Assembly: GCA_013239625.1 (NCBI GenBank)
Contig: MU054391.1
Span: 7,783,095-7,847,094 of the forward strand
DNA length: 64,000 nt
Source: Lama guanicoe
Lineage: Eukaryota
Reading direction: 5' to 3'
Made by a program: the position numbers and the translations under genes. The number at the start of each line of letters is the position of its first letter. Position 1 is the first letter of the stretch. Of this stretch, positions 1 through 12,297 are shown in pieces. Below the pieces are notes generated by a model. It ran no database searches and was not told where the DNA came from. It saw only the letters and a program-made list of their open reading frames with translations.

Positions 1-1039
1 GACAGAAGCATTCTTAATACTTCTAATTGTAATAATAACACTTTGATATTTTAAAAATTACCTCGTGTGTCATTTACTGTTCACAACCCTGTGAGATTAC
101 CCACCTGCAGCTTCACACGTGCAAAAGCAAAGAGTGGCAAAGAGGAAGTGTCTCTGATCACCAGTCAGAAATCCAGTTTCGTTAGAATGATGATGGCTTT
201 GTGGCTAAACGTGGATTTGCCCCGTAGATGTCGGTTAAGTGCCTCCTAGACCTGGGCCCATGCAAGCTGCTAGCTCAGAGTCATTCGTTTTTCTCTCCAG
301 AAAAAGGGGAGTTTGACTAAATAATCACTAATCCTGGCTTTAATTCAGCGATCCTGACACTCCTACGTAATGGCTGTAAAGGCCCTGGTCTCTCTCAGCA
401 CACAGCTGACCTACCCGCCCGCCTGACATACCCACTGTATCTTTGAAGAGTACAGATGATAAACCATCTCTCACATAAGCAGAATCCACAGGCAAATCTC
501 TCCTTTGAAGTCAGAGCAGGTTTTGGCCTGAAGCCTGGTCTTTAGATGTAGTCAAAGATAAAGAGAGGGGGTCTAAAAGTTAATATTTTCAACACATGGT
601 GCGGCAAAGGAAAGAATTGATTTGACGTCCGCACAAGTTTGCCAGCACTGTTAGATGCTACTCACAGTGCAACAGGCATATGGTGTAGACACCCGCTCCC
701 TCCATCACCCTTGCTCTCAGGAAGGACAATGGGATAACAGAAGATACAGCTGGAGACCTGCACAGGGCCGTTCGCGGGGCCGGAGCATTCTCTCTGCTTT
801 GTGCCTCCTTCCACGGACCCAGCCCGTGCTCTCAAGCCCCCAGCCTGCCCTGCTGTTATGCAGAATTGCACAGGTTAGAATTAGGCGTTCCAAACTCCCC
901 TTTTATAGAAGAGAAACCTTCTGAGGAGGCCTAAGAAGTGGATTCCAGACTGAGTCATGAAGCAAATTGTAGCCCCTTAGTGTAACTCTGGGTTTCCTCC
1001 AGGAAGCAGTGTGAAAGCTATTTGAAAAAAAGAAGCAGA

Positions 1040-1242
1040 GGTCCTGGAACCAGTCAGACCCAGGCTGGAATCCCAGTCCTGCCCTTTGCTGGCTGAGCAG
1101 TGCTAGGCAGGTGGCTGCTTCCTCTGCATTTCCTTGTCAGGTGGGAATCATAACATCTAGCGCAAAGGACTGTCGCAAGGACTGGGGTTAATACACCTAA
1201 AAGGCTTGGCACGGTGCCTGGTGCGTATTAAGCGCCCTGAAC
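1040..1242 (+). mobile_element. MIR SINE relic
   Basis: Degenerate MIR core (cagacccaggctggaatcccagtcctgcc) and MIR 3' end (ggcacggtgcctggtgcgtattaagcgcc). Confidence 0.75.
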
Positions 1243-3689
1243 TAAGTCCAGTATCCACTGCATGAGGCCTCGTCTGTGTCTGTCTGGTGACACATAATAA
1301 AGGCATATTTCATGAAGACTTGGGCGTATGAAGTTAATAAAGGTAGAAAGTGAGATATCGTCGAACGGCCCTTGAACATCACTTACAAAGGTACCGTGGC
1401 AGAGAACAACGCATTCTTTAGGAACTTCCACACAGCCGGCTGGTTTTCTTTTCCAACCCAACCATGTAACAGATCCCCTTTAATTTGGTTGCCCACCAGA
1501 TAAGGTAATCGGTTTATGCTTAGAGACAATATTCTACTTTGGTTTCCGAGAGTCACGTAGTTAAGGAGAAATAGCAGGTGCCTTGGTTCCTCAATTGCCT
1601 AAAAAAAAAAAATAATAATGCAGTCGTAGATGTCTGCACTCCTTACAACTTTATCATGAGGGTCAAAGAAGAAAGTGCAGAAAAAAAAAACTGTATTTGG
1701 TTGTAAGGAATTGTTAAGTTAAAAATACTAAATAGATCTGTCTTCATGCAGTTAATGGTAAAGTGCCCAGGAAATTCCTGACTGCAATAAAGAAGACTGA
1801 AATAAGGAAGATTTAAAATATAAGGGGGGTGAGCTCAGTCACCTCTAGTCTCAGCCCCAATTTTGTTCTGTAAATAAAAGGCCAAGGGGATGTCGAGACG
1901 CGCAGTCTGATCACAGGTAGCCAAGTGTGATTTTGCCTAAGGACAGTGAAACTGAATGACTGCATTGATCCCTTCTGTACGGGCAGAACCGAGAGCTACC
2001 TGCCTGGAGGTTGGACCCAAAGAGAATTCAAGAGCAAGGTGGAGTTAGTGTAATACAAATTCCCTCTGGCTGATGAGGAGCTGAAAGAGCTGCTCCTGTC
2101 TCTTGAAGCTGCTATTTTCCAGCAGCGTTTATTTTAAAACATTAATCAACTCTAAAGTCCAGATGCATCTGAAGGGAGAGACTCTACACATTAGTCAGCA
2201 AGGCAGTATTATGCTGCAGTTGTCATTAACTGTGCATTCGTGCACTTGAACTCAACTGCTCATACTGTTTTTGCTTCTGTGTCTAAAACACTATAAAAAG
2301 CTCTGTCAACAAGTTTAAAATAAAAATTCAAAGTGATAAAGAAGCATTCTCCTCCTCTTCCTCCTCCTCCGCCTGCATCTTGATGGTTCTTCTCGCATTT
2401 GGTGACACCCTAAGGGAGAGATGGGATGCAGTGGTCCTACAGGAGGCATGTCTGCTGAATTACACTCAATTTTAAGATTCCTCAGTTTCCTCTTCATCTT
2501 ACTTCTAGACTCGTGGAACAGCTTCTAATTATGACTTAGCTTCCCAAATACTTATCACTGAAAGGGGAGACAAACACTGGACACGAGTTTCCTAGGAAAG
2601 GGGCTCCTCCTCGGACATCGGTGATTACAGGGTCTGGTTTGTCCTTCCATTGCCTGGAGGTTTGACAGGCAGGGTTGAGAACCCCTGAGGCTGATCACTT
2701 AAGGGCACTTTGGCAAAAGGCAGACTCTCAACTGGAAAATATACGGGGAAGATGCCAAACCACGGTGATCTCATCGCATTTCTGTCCCTTTGCAAGGCTG
2801 TGCCTGGGTAGCCAGCCTGGCTCCTGCAGGACATCACCACCCTCTCCCTGTCCGTCTGTCTGTCTCTCCCTGTACACTTCTTAGCACTTAGCGCAGCTTC
2901 TTGCATTACATCTCCCTTGTGGGCCAGTCCTGCTGTTCGCCTCCACGTTGAACCTTGCCCTCTCTTGCCCTGCTGTGTGCGGCAGGACGGCTGACCCTGT
3001 TCAGGCTTCATTTCCCGGGTCCTTGTTCAGCCACTTCAGCTTGTGTTCAGTTAACATGAGAGAATGACAAGTGGTGGAAAGGAGAGGAAAAGGGCAAAGC
3101 CAGAACCCTTCTCTCCTTCTGTCTCTGCCTCAGAGGATGCCCCCCTGCCCCCCGCCAGCAGCTGGCTCTGTCTGCTCTGTCTCCCCCAGGGCAGCTCCTG
3201 CTGGTTTCCGCTTGTGCCCCGGGACCCCAGCCCCTTGGCTGTGATTCCTCCACCTCCCCCACCTTGTCCCTCCAGCTGAGGGATGGGAGTGGTTCACTGC
3301 TGTTCCCAATTTCGGTACTGCCTCTCTACTCTCTGCCTTTCATCTTTGCATAACTCATTTCCTGCGACACCACGACTGGTTTGTTTCCCTGGTTGGACCG
3401 TGATCGATACATGTGGGTCTGTGTCCCCAAAGTGATGCTGAGCTGCAGGAGGTCAAGACCCCCAGCCCCCGTCTCTGTGCACTTATATTCAGTTGGATGA
3501 GTTGTCCGATTGAACTGAAAATACGTCACACAAAATTCACGGGAACAAAGCTGATAGACCTGAGACATTTTTGCTCATTTTAAATGGAGACATCTGTTAC
3601 CACAGTTAAAATATGACTTGATTTAGGAAAATCACAGGTTTCCGGGAGCACAGGCACCTATAAAATCATTTCTTTTGAAACAATCACTG

Positions 3690-3870
3690 AACATTAACTG
3701 TGTGCCGAGCAGGCACCTTAAAGAGACGATTTACAGTTCTCAACACGGACTTCTGGGGTGTGTAGAACTGGTCTCATTTAACAGACGTGGAAATTGGGGT
3801 TCAGAGATGTTGAGGATCTACTCCAAGTTCACACACGTGGCTTGTAACTTAGTCGCCACGTACTCCAGGA
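3690..3870 (-). mobile_element. MIR SINE relic
   Basis: Reverse MIR core: ctcatttaacagacgtggaaattggggttcagagatgttgagg...ccaagttcacac. Confidence 0.65.
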
Positions 3871-4094
3871 ATGGGCAAACTTTAAGTACAATGAGAATGA
3901 AGTATTTGTATAAGAAAAAAAAAAAAAGCAAGATCTAAGGTCCATGTGCAGAGCATCTAATTTAGCAGGTTGGAGGTGTGGTCCATTTATAACATGCACA
4001 AAGTAAACACTCATTATAGCACCTCACTTGATACATTCTCATTCATACTTTGAGAAACACTGAACTAGAACATAGGGTACACATATCTGTGTGA

Positions 4095-4220
4095 AATTAG
4101 CTCACTGGTACATCCCCAGAGCCTAGCCAAGGGCCAGGGACTGAGCCAATGATCAATAAATTATTGAGAATTAAGAATAGAGTGAATAAGTGATAATACT
4201 AAATGAATGAATGAGTGAAC
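4095..4220 (+). mobile_element. L2 LINE 3' end
   Basis: catccccagagcctagcc...tcaataaattattg...aatgaatgaatga matches the L2 terminal motif. Confidence 0.65.
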
Positions 4221-4299
4221 TTAACCATTTCTGAATTCAGATCCTGAATATTTTCTATTACTATTCAGAAGGTCTTATTTTAGACCTCATGCCGAAGCT

Positions 4300-4700
4300 T
4301 ATTCATTTATTAACTCATCCAGTGAACATTTGCATTAACTTTACCATATACCTGGCCAGTACTGCCTACTGGAGGATAGACAGATATTCATCGAATATTC
4401 AAGACACAGGCCCCATCTCTCAAAGAGATCTAACTATTGCAATGGAAGGGACCAAGCAAGTGAAAACGACAGAGATCTATCACAGCGTGTTGAAGAGATG
4501 TTATGCTAGATCTCTGTGCTGCAGGCACATTAGGACCACAAGGAAGGGAGTGATCAGGCCTTCCTCAAGGAAGGAGGTTAGAGAAAGATCCCACAGAAGA
4601 GGTAATGCCCACAATGAATCTCAAAGGACAGACAGAAGTTTTTTCATCACATGCGGGGTAGCGGCAGCCTTTCCACATGAAGGTGGAGTTCACTAACTCC
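4300..4700 (-). mobile_element. L2 LINE relic
   Basis: Begins with an attcattt-type tail, followed by degenerate reverse L2 3' sequence. Confidence 0.5.
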
Positions 4701-4738
4701 TGGGAGGACCACTGGCTCTGCAGGGCTTGGGGCTCCAG

Positions 4739-4742
<4 letters not shown>

Positions 4743-4771
<29 letters not shown>
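4743..4771. repeat. (CA)n microsatellite
   Basis: Perfect AC run of about 14 units. Confidence 0.97.
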
Positions 4772-5200
4772 GCTCTAATGCAAAACCATCCAAATAGTAA
4801 AAATAACAAGATCCCCCACCCAGTTTTGGATAGTAAAGAGGATAACTCTATTATAACCTATTCATTTCCTCTCCATGCCCCAAATATGTAAACTACAAGA
4901 GGAAGATGCGTCCTCTGTTTATTTCAGCCTTTAATGGGTAAATGGTTAGAGCTGTGGTTCTCGGTCAAGGACGACTCAATGCAAAAGCTGAGCTTTCCAT
5001 CACAACTGTCACTCAGTTTTCAAAGAAACTGGGGAGAAAGGCCCGGAGAGGGAGCAAGACTCTCAATTCAACTTTTCCAGTATGTGATCGCTGGGCTCTG
5101 CTTTCGTGCAAACCCAACTGTTCATCAAGAAAAGGTCACACGGACGACCCTCAGCTAGACTTTGTTATCTTCACTTTATCCTCAATTTGTCCTCACCATC

Positions 5201-5373
5201 TTTTTTTTTTTTTGAGAAAGATGTTTTATTTATTTACTTGTATATTTTATTGGTTTATAACATTATGCAAGTTTCACATGTACAATACTATTTTCGACTC
5301 CTGTGTACACTACTGCATGCTCACCACCAAAAGTTTTGTTCTCACCCCTCACCATACTGTTGGCCCCCTTTAC
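5201..5373 (-). mobile_element. L1 3' end fragment (L1MA-like)
   Basis: Poly-T tail, then ttttattggtttataacatt...tgtgtacactactgcatgctcaccaccaaaagt...ccccctttac. Confidence 0.75.
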
Positions 5374-6562
5374 TGAAATTATTTTGGTTTAGTTTGTCAA
5401 GCAGGGACACTGAAGCTCAGAGAGGTAAAACGGCTTGCCCAGGGCCACCCGGCTCACCTCACCTATGATGGAACGTGAACCACTTGTAATTTGTTTTTTT
5501 ATTTTCCTGTTGCTGTTCTAGATTGAGTCTGGAATATCAGGATAATGATGAAAATGCTCTCACTGGCTGACCACCTTTAACTACAACGCAATTTAGCATC
5601 ATCTCATTTCCCCTCCACAACGGTATGCATTATCCCTATCTTATAGCAAAGGTTGTTAAAAATTAAGTATGTCAGTGATTGGCAAGCCACACAGCCATGA
5701 AATCGTTGGGTCATTTAACCTCAACTTCCCTCTTATTTGAGCCTGAAATTTCCTTTTTTGGAAGAAATCCATCTGTTTCTGGATTGCCCTTATTTTCCCA
5801 GAGTCATTTTATAGATATAATTATTTCATATGGGACATCATTGCTATTCACTCTGGCATTTTAAAAAGGTGGGGGGCATTTGATGGATTAAATATTAGTT
5901 CAACTGTAATCCAAGATCCCACTAAACCATGGCAGATTTGACTTTTGTTGAAGAACAAAAATATTTAAGATGACCACAACATTAAACTTTCAAAATATTT
6001 GCAGCACCATTTTTTTATAAGCTTTAGTATTACTCTTGAGTATTATCACATTTGACATAATTATACCTTGTAAATACCTCAATGACATCCTTTCAAGAAC
6101 TATTACTAATTATTGTACTTGACATGACAAACTAAACATGTTGTTTGACGTAATTACACTAAATAATTCAAAATGCTAATTATGCTTAGAAATAGCAATT
6201 AGCATAATTAAAGAAAAAAAACAAACTGCTGGAAATTTCAATACTGATTCAGGATCACAAACTGGAATTTTTTAGAAGATTTTGATAAAGATTGACTGAT
6301 GTGACTTATAAAATTGTATCTTTAATCAAGAAAGAAAAAGCATTTTTAATGACTTTATAAGGCCTGGAAGAGAGAATAGGAGAACAAAGGAGAGGGAAGA
6401 ACTTAGTGTCGTACAAAGGGCAAAGTCTGCAGAGGTGGCCAGACTTGAGTATGAACCCCAATGTGGCCATCACTAACTGGGTAACTCTAGTCTAGAAATA
6501 GAGCCTTTTTGAACATTTTTCCTCTACCAATGAGGATTATATTTGCCTCTAGACCTGACGTA

Positions 6563-7070
6563 GAAATCAGTCTTGAAAATATTATATCACACCTATGTTC
6601 GCTGCAGCACTGTATTCACAATGGCCAAGATACGCAAGCAACCTTGGTGTCCATCAAAGGATGAATGCATAAAGAAAATGTGGTATATACACACAGGGGA
6701 ATATTATTTGGCCATAAAAGGGAGGGAATTCTGTGAATAAACCTGGAGGACATTATACGAAGTGAAATAAGCCAGTCATAGAAAGACAAATACAACATAA
6801 TTCTGTTTATACCAGGAATCTAAAATGATCAAATGCACAGAATGAAAGAGTGGAATGGTGGTTGCCAGGGTCTGGGGGGAGGGGAAAATGAGAAGTTACC
6901 GATCAGCATGTGTGAAGTCTTAGTTCAGCAAAATGAAGGAGCTTTTGAGGTCTGCTGTACAACACCATGCAAAAAAAGTCAACAGCAACACAGCGTGCCC
7001 TTAAAAATGTGTTAGGAGGCTGGATCTTATGTTAAGTATCTTTAGCAAATAAAATAGTTTTTAAAAAAAT
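6563..7070 (+). mobile_element. L1 3' end (L1MA-like) inserted within a MIR
   Basis: L1 ORF2-end/3'UTR motifs (tattcacaatggccaagata, aaagaaaatgtggtatatacac, agtgaaataagccagtca) and an A-rich tail. MIR-like sequence lies before (about 6430-6550) and after (about 7075-7132). Confidence 0.9.
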
Positions 7071-8296
7071 AGTAGACTAAGGATATAAAATGCCTGCCAC
7101 CGCACATGACCCCTAGGGAGAGCTCAATAAATCCAGGTTCCATGTCCCCTACTCATGAAAGGTAGAAATATGCTGGATGTGAAGTCCTGGGCTGCTTGGA
7201 CAAGAAAGAAGGGTGCTATAAAGTAGTAAACCTCCCCCACCCCCCAAAAATCAACCATCTGAAAAGGAGGGAAAATGGTCTCTGATCTGTAGGTTTGTGA
7301 GGTCGTGATGAGGTGGTATTTGTAAAGAAAATCACCAGAGTGCCTGCACAGAGTCAGCCCTTCGTAAATGATCATTTCTTTTTGCCTTTATAAAGACAGA
7401 GTTTTTTAAACCTAAACCTGGAAAGTTTAGGCTTGTGCAAAATTGATAAGTCGAATCAGGATTTGAACCCAAGTCTGAGACCAAAGTAGTGGCTTGGCAT
7501 TCTGTTGTTCTGTCCTGAAAGGGGCTGGCCTGCCCCAGTCAAGGCCCCTCCTGAATGTGCCCTCCTGGATGTGCTCCCTCGGCCTCATCCCGACTCCAGC
7601 TGCCCCTCTGCCCCACTTCAGACACAGCCCTGCTTGGCTCTCCCGCGCAAGGTCACAACTGGAGAGGCAGACACTGGTCTTCTTTGCATCTTGACAATTT
7701 TCTCCTTATTTGTAAAACACTGTGATAAAGTAACTTTTTGTCCAAGGCAGACAGCTTATCAGACATCTCATCAGGGAAGAATGACTGTCAAATGCACTCA
7801 TTTATTTTTCAAGATAAAAAGACACAGAGACAGACTCTTATTATGATGTAGATGAGCTGACTGGCAGGCTCGCTCCCTGGGGAGGTGGGGGAAGGGCCTG
7901 ACTGTGGGGCTCCGGAGGGGGAGGCAGCAGACACCGGTCTGGGCTTCTGCTTCAGGTCGGTCAGCTCAGCTAGTGAGTACAGGCTGGACCGCTCATCTTA
8001 CCCGCGGCCTTGAACTCCACAGTGCAAATGGATTTTTGCAGCCAAAACGAGAGAAGAACAAAACAATGTGGACACACATTTATTTAAGCCCTACTGTGTG
8101 CTAGCGACTTTGCTAAGCACTTGGTGGGCAGGAACAAGGTAAGACTGTTATAATGTTCAAAAGACACATTTCCTTACAAATTTATCTTGGGGACACAGGC
8201 TTATGTCACACTCTTTACAGAACATGGTACAGAAAAAGAATCAAGAGAAATGACTTAGGTACAAAGAAAGAGAGATGGTGATTTATCCATTAATCT

Positions 8297-8322
8297 GTGT
8301 ATGTGTGTGTGTGTGTGTGTGT
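8297..8322. repeat. (TG)n microsatellite
   Basis: TG run with one interruption. Confidence 0.9.
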
Positions 8323-8489
8323 ACAGTTTCTAAGCTTTAAGGAAGATGGTGGACTGGGAGGAACTAATTTTGGAGACAAAGAGGGTGAGGCACCTGTCTC
8401 TGCCACTTACTAGCTGGGTGACCTTGGGAGAGTTTCTTAACTTCTCTGAGTCGGAAGGTATTCAAATATAAAATGGATGAAGGTCAAGG

Positions 8490-8963
8490 TGTTGCTGGAG
8501 AATAGGTTCTTGTCTCACGCAGGAAAGAATTCAAGAGCAAGGTATAGGAAAGTGAAAACAAGTTTATTCAGGGAGATACACACTCTCCATAGACAGTGAG
8601 GTCCATCTCAGTCAAAAGGGAGCGTGGCCAGTAGGTGCTGGGGTTGGTTACTATTGATGGGCTGGATAATTTCATATGCTAACAAGTGGGAGGATTATTC
8701 CAACTGTTTTGGGGAAGGGGCTGGGATTTCCAGGAATGTGGGGCCCCGCCCACTTTTTACCCTGTTCCGGTCAGCCTGGGAGCTGTCATGGCCCCTGTAG
8801 GGGTGCCATTTACCGTGCTAATGTATTACAATGGGCTTATAATGAGGCCCAAGGTCAACTGGAAGTCGAATTTTCCAGCCACCTTGGTTCTAACCAGCTT
8901 GCCTGTCCTCCATTGCTGTCATCCTCGTAATGGTTGCGCTCAGCACCCTTCCCTCTTGTCTCA
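8490..8963 (-). mobile_element. Solo ERV LTR (ERV1-class by 4-bp TSD) inserted in a MIR
   Basis: TG...CA termini, AAGG TSD at 8486-8489 and 8964-8967, and a minus-strand AATAAA (tttatt near 8564). The MIR core precedes it (8390-8480) and MIR resumes after it (tgcctcacagagttgtt). Confidence 0.88.
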
Positions 8964-9539
8964 AAGGGAAAGATGTCTGCCTCACAGAGTTGTTAGAATC
9001 AATGTGAAGGGCCTCCTGCTCCTCACGTATACCCGAAGAGTCCCGCTGGAATGCTTTTTCTGCAGGTCTCATTTTAGCTCTGTTCCTCTTACGAGCCATG
9101 TTTTATTCAGCAACCTAAGTGAATACGTTTAGTATTTATTCTTCACCTATTTCAAATGTATAAGATCCCCACCTTTCCTGGTGTAGGTACATACTACATG
9201 AAACAGCCCAACTACGGAAATAGTAACTGTGGAACACAGAATTTGGAAACTTGCGTTTGAGCCTGGGCTTGCCAAATACATGGTAGGGAGCCTTGGAACC
9301 ATCATTAGACTTTTCTGAGCGTGGGTTCCATTATCTGTAGAATGCTGGGCTGTTTCAGCACAGTGGGAGAGAGGAAACCCAGACATGAAGATAAAAGAAA
9401 GGGAAGACCACTCTATGAATCCAGTTGAGAACTAAGGCAGAGGTGGGGAGGTGGAGAAAAGGTGAAAGATGCAAAAAAAAAAAAATAGTAACAACAAAAA
9501 ATTCTAAAAGAAAAGTAGACAAGACCATTCCACTGACCG

Positions 9540-10150
9540 ATGTGGGGACCTGGACAGCAGCAGAAGTCAAGTTTGATTGGCAGGTCTGCACAAACAGAGA
9601 TAACAGGGAGAGGAAGGCGGATGAGAGGAAAGGGAGGTGTTTGGGGACAGAGATTGGGTCTCACGGTAGATGTGCTGAATCACAATGCAGTGGGCTGTTC
9701 AGTGGACAGTAACCTAAAGGACCCTAAAGGGCTGCCTTGGCATTAAGGATGTAAATGTGAATTGTCACTACATAGAGCTGATAGCTTGAATGAATTCTCC
9801 ACAGCAGAACAAAGAAGCCCAGAGTTACAGCATCCATTGTGATGGGATGAGGGGGCAATTTGAGCCAGGAAGGTGGCAGAAATACATCAACCTATCTTCA
9901 GTTCAGTGAAGAATCCATGTACAGGAGGTTTGGGGACGAGGGTGAAATGATGTTCAGGGGAGATGTATTGACACTGCCGGGCTCCAGGCAGGATGGCAAG
10001 GAGGAAAAACATGGCACGGAAGCAGCAGCCTTGCTGGTTTGTTTTGATTTGTGTTTTCTAAATTGGAGGAAACATGAGCATGTTATAAGGTCCAAAATAA
10101 AATGCCGTCAGAGGAAATAATGAGTTTAAATGCATTAGAGAGCTGGAGAG
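9540..10150 (-). mobile_element. Old L2 relic
   Basis: Purine-rich degenerate reverse L2-like sequence; weak, patchy similarity. Confidence 0.4.
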
Positions 10151-10759
10151 AGAGTGCGCCAGCAGAATGCCTGGGAGAACTTCAGCAGAGGGAGGTCTTA
10201 AAGGAGGAAACCCCATCTTGTGGAAGGTTGTAAATGCCGGTTATCACCTAGGGATTGCTGACGGAAGGAGGGGTGGATAGGAACAGACAACGAATGATTC
10301 GGATGCCGGAGGATGTTGGGTTCCTTCAACTTCAGCCTGGGAATCTGGGCTACATCAAATACAACAGAAGCAAGGAAGGGGAAGAAGGCAGAAAATGTAT
10401 CCAACACTTTCAGCATTTCTATCCAGTAGCATATTTAATTAACAGAGCGTTAACCCAGGTGCGTTCCCATGACTGAGAGAACTTAAATAACTGTCCTCAA
10501 AGACCAATTGTAGTTGGTGGCAGCCAAGATTTGAAGCTGGGTCTATCCAACTCCATCGATTCCATTTTCCTTTTTTTTTTTTTCTCTCCCCCTTATAGAT
10601 CCATGTTTCTTTCTGCTGCTGTCAACAATTTTTTGTTAATGCATTTATGTAAGGTCAAGTGTTCTTTTATGGTCTCCTGAGCTACCAGCCAAGAAAAATC
10701 TTTACTTACAAATAAATAAGAATCTAATTTTATTTCTTGAAATCAAAAGACAAGACAAA

Positions 10760-11540
10760 TCAAACAGTCTCTTCCTTTTGGATTTCCTTTCGCAGCTGAG
10801 TGCCGCCGTGTTTCCAGTAGATCACGTTGGAAATCTATGAGTCGTCCTGACTCCGCCCTCTCCCGCAAGGACATGTCCCATGACGTTACCTCTCAAACAC
10901 CTCTTGAATCCAGCCTTGCTCTCCCTTCCTGGTTCAGATCCACTGCTTTACTTACCCTCAAGCCCCTTATCTGCTTCTCCAGCTTTTCATCTTCCCAATC
11001 CTCATCTCCCCTTCCTCTCCCCACTGTCCTACATGGCCTTAGACATTAGGATCTGTTTCTTATCCCCAAATTCTTCTGTAGTCTCATGTCCATGCTCACA
11101 CATGTCCCACTTTCTTTTTTTATTATTATTTTTTATTTTGAAATTTATTTTATTATTGTGTTTTAATGGAAGTACCGGGGATTGAACCCAGGACTCATGC
11201 ATCCTAAGCACGTGCTCCACCACTGCGCTAATCCCTCCCCTCAGCTGTCCCACTTTCTAAGTGACCATCCAGCTCCCTCTTCCGTCCTGATACAACTGTC
11301 TGTCAAATGTCTATTTAGCCTTCAGTCCCTCCTAAGGAGCCTTTCTTGACCTATTATCTCCTCCCCAACCCCCAATATTCTGTTCCCTGTGCAGAATTCC
11401 AGGAGAGAGTCTACAACATACCATTGTACCTACTTGCTTATGTGTCTCCTGCTCTTCCTAGACTTGGGCACCTAGAGAGCAGGAGCATTCCGATTCATTT
11501 TTGCATCCCAGGGCCTGGCACATATGTGCTGAATAAATAA
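10760..11540 (+). mobile_element. L2 relic interrupted by a SINE
   Basis: Pyrimidine-rich L2 body ending in cattttgcatcccagggcctggcacatatgtgctgaataaataaatga-like L2 3' motif. Confidence 0.6.
11116..11245 (-). mobile_element. tRNA-derived SINE, camelid Vic-1 type (short form)
   Basis: Minus strand reads GGGGAGGGATTAGCGCAGTGGTGGAGCACG...GGTTCAATCCCC (A and B boxes) with an A-rich tail. 13-bp TSD tgtcccactttct at 11103-11115 and 11246-11258. Confidence 0.9.
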
Positions 11541-12114
11541 ATGAACCTATCAATCGGTTAGTCAATCACAATGGACCTTTGGCTGAACAACCATCTATTT
11601 TTCTGGTCTGCACTGGAATTTGTCATGACGTTGGTTGGCATAAAAGCCTTTATAAATATAAACCTGAAACTCTCATAAAAACTCCTTTTTGTTTTCTTTT
11701 GCTTTATTTTTTTGGATGCTTTGTGCTGCCCATTAGAAACTTGAGTGGGCAAATCAGTGTGACAGCCCTAGTGATTATGCCTGGACTCTGCAGCCCCTAA
11801 GTAGCAGAAAATAGAGGCCTTGGGTAGACTTTGAGTGTGTTTCCTTATTAGGAAATCACAGTGATTTTATGAAAGTCACAAAGGAAATGTTTTTACTGCA
11901 AAATCGCATGCTGTAACTAATGAGGAGAGGGGAAAAAATATGTGTTTTTAAATCTCACATGCTAACACTATGCGTAACAATGAAATTATGTATTCAGGAA
12001 ATTCTAAGCTTACACTTGGCCTAGTTGAACAGAAAGATGGTAACTCATCTGAACTCCTAGTGTATAAAAACACATCTAACATGGTGATGGCCTGCAGCAG
12101 CCTGCTCCCTGTCA

Positions 12115-12297
12115 GTGTCCGGGGCACCTTCTCAGGCATTGTCTCATGCAATCCTCACAATGGGTAGGTAGCTTGTACATGCTTAACAGAAAAGGAAACT
12201 GAGGGTCTGATCTGTTCAGTGACTTGTCCGAGAGAACGCAGTGACCAGGAGATTGCCAGGACGCCAACCCAGGGCTGATGCCCACACTCCAGAGCTG
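12115..12297 (-). mobile_element. MIR SINE relic
   Basis: aatcctcacaa...aacagaaaaggaaactgagg...agtgacttgtcc reverse MIR core. Confidence 0.75.

Noticed and set aside
2023..2040. 18-bp exact match (agaattcaagagcaaggt) to the LTR at 8526-8543
   Set aside because: The similarity does not extend into the flanks, and one such match in 64 kb is plausible by chance.
11160..11240. tRNA-like A/B-box sequence (also 29570-29645)
   Set aside because: The A-rich tail and TSDs show these are SINEs, not tRNA genes.
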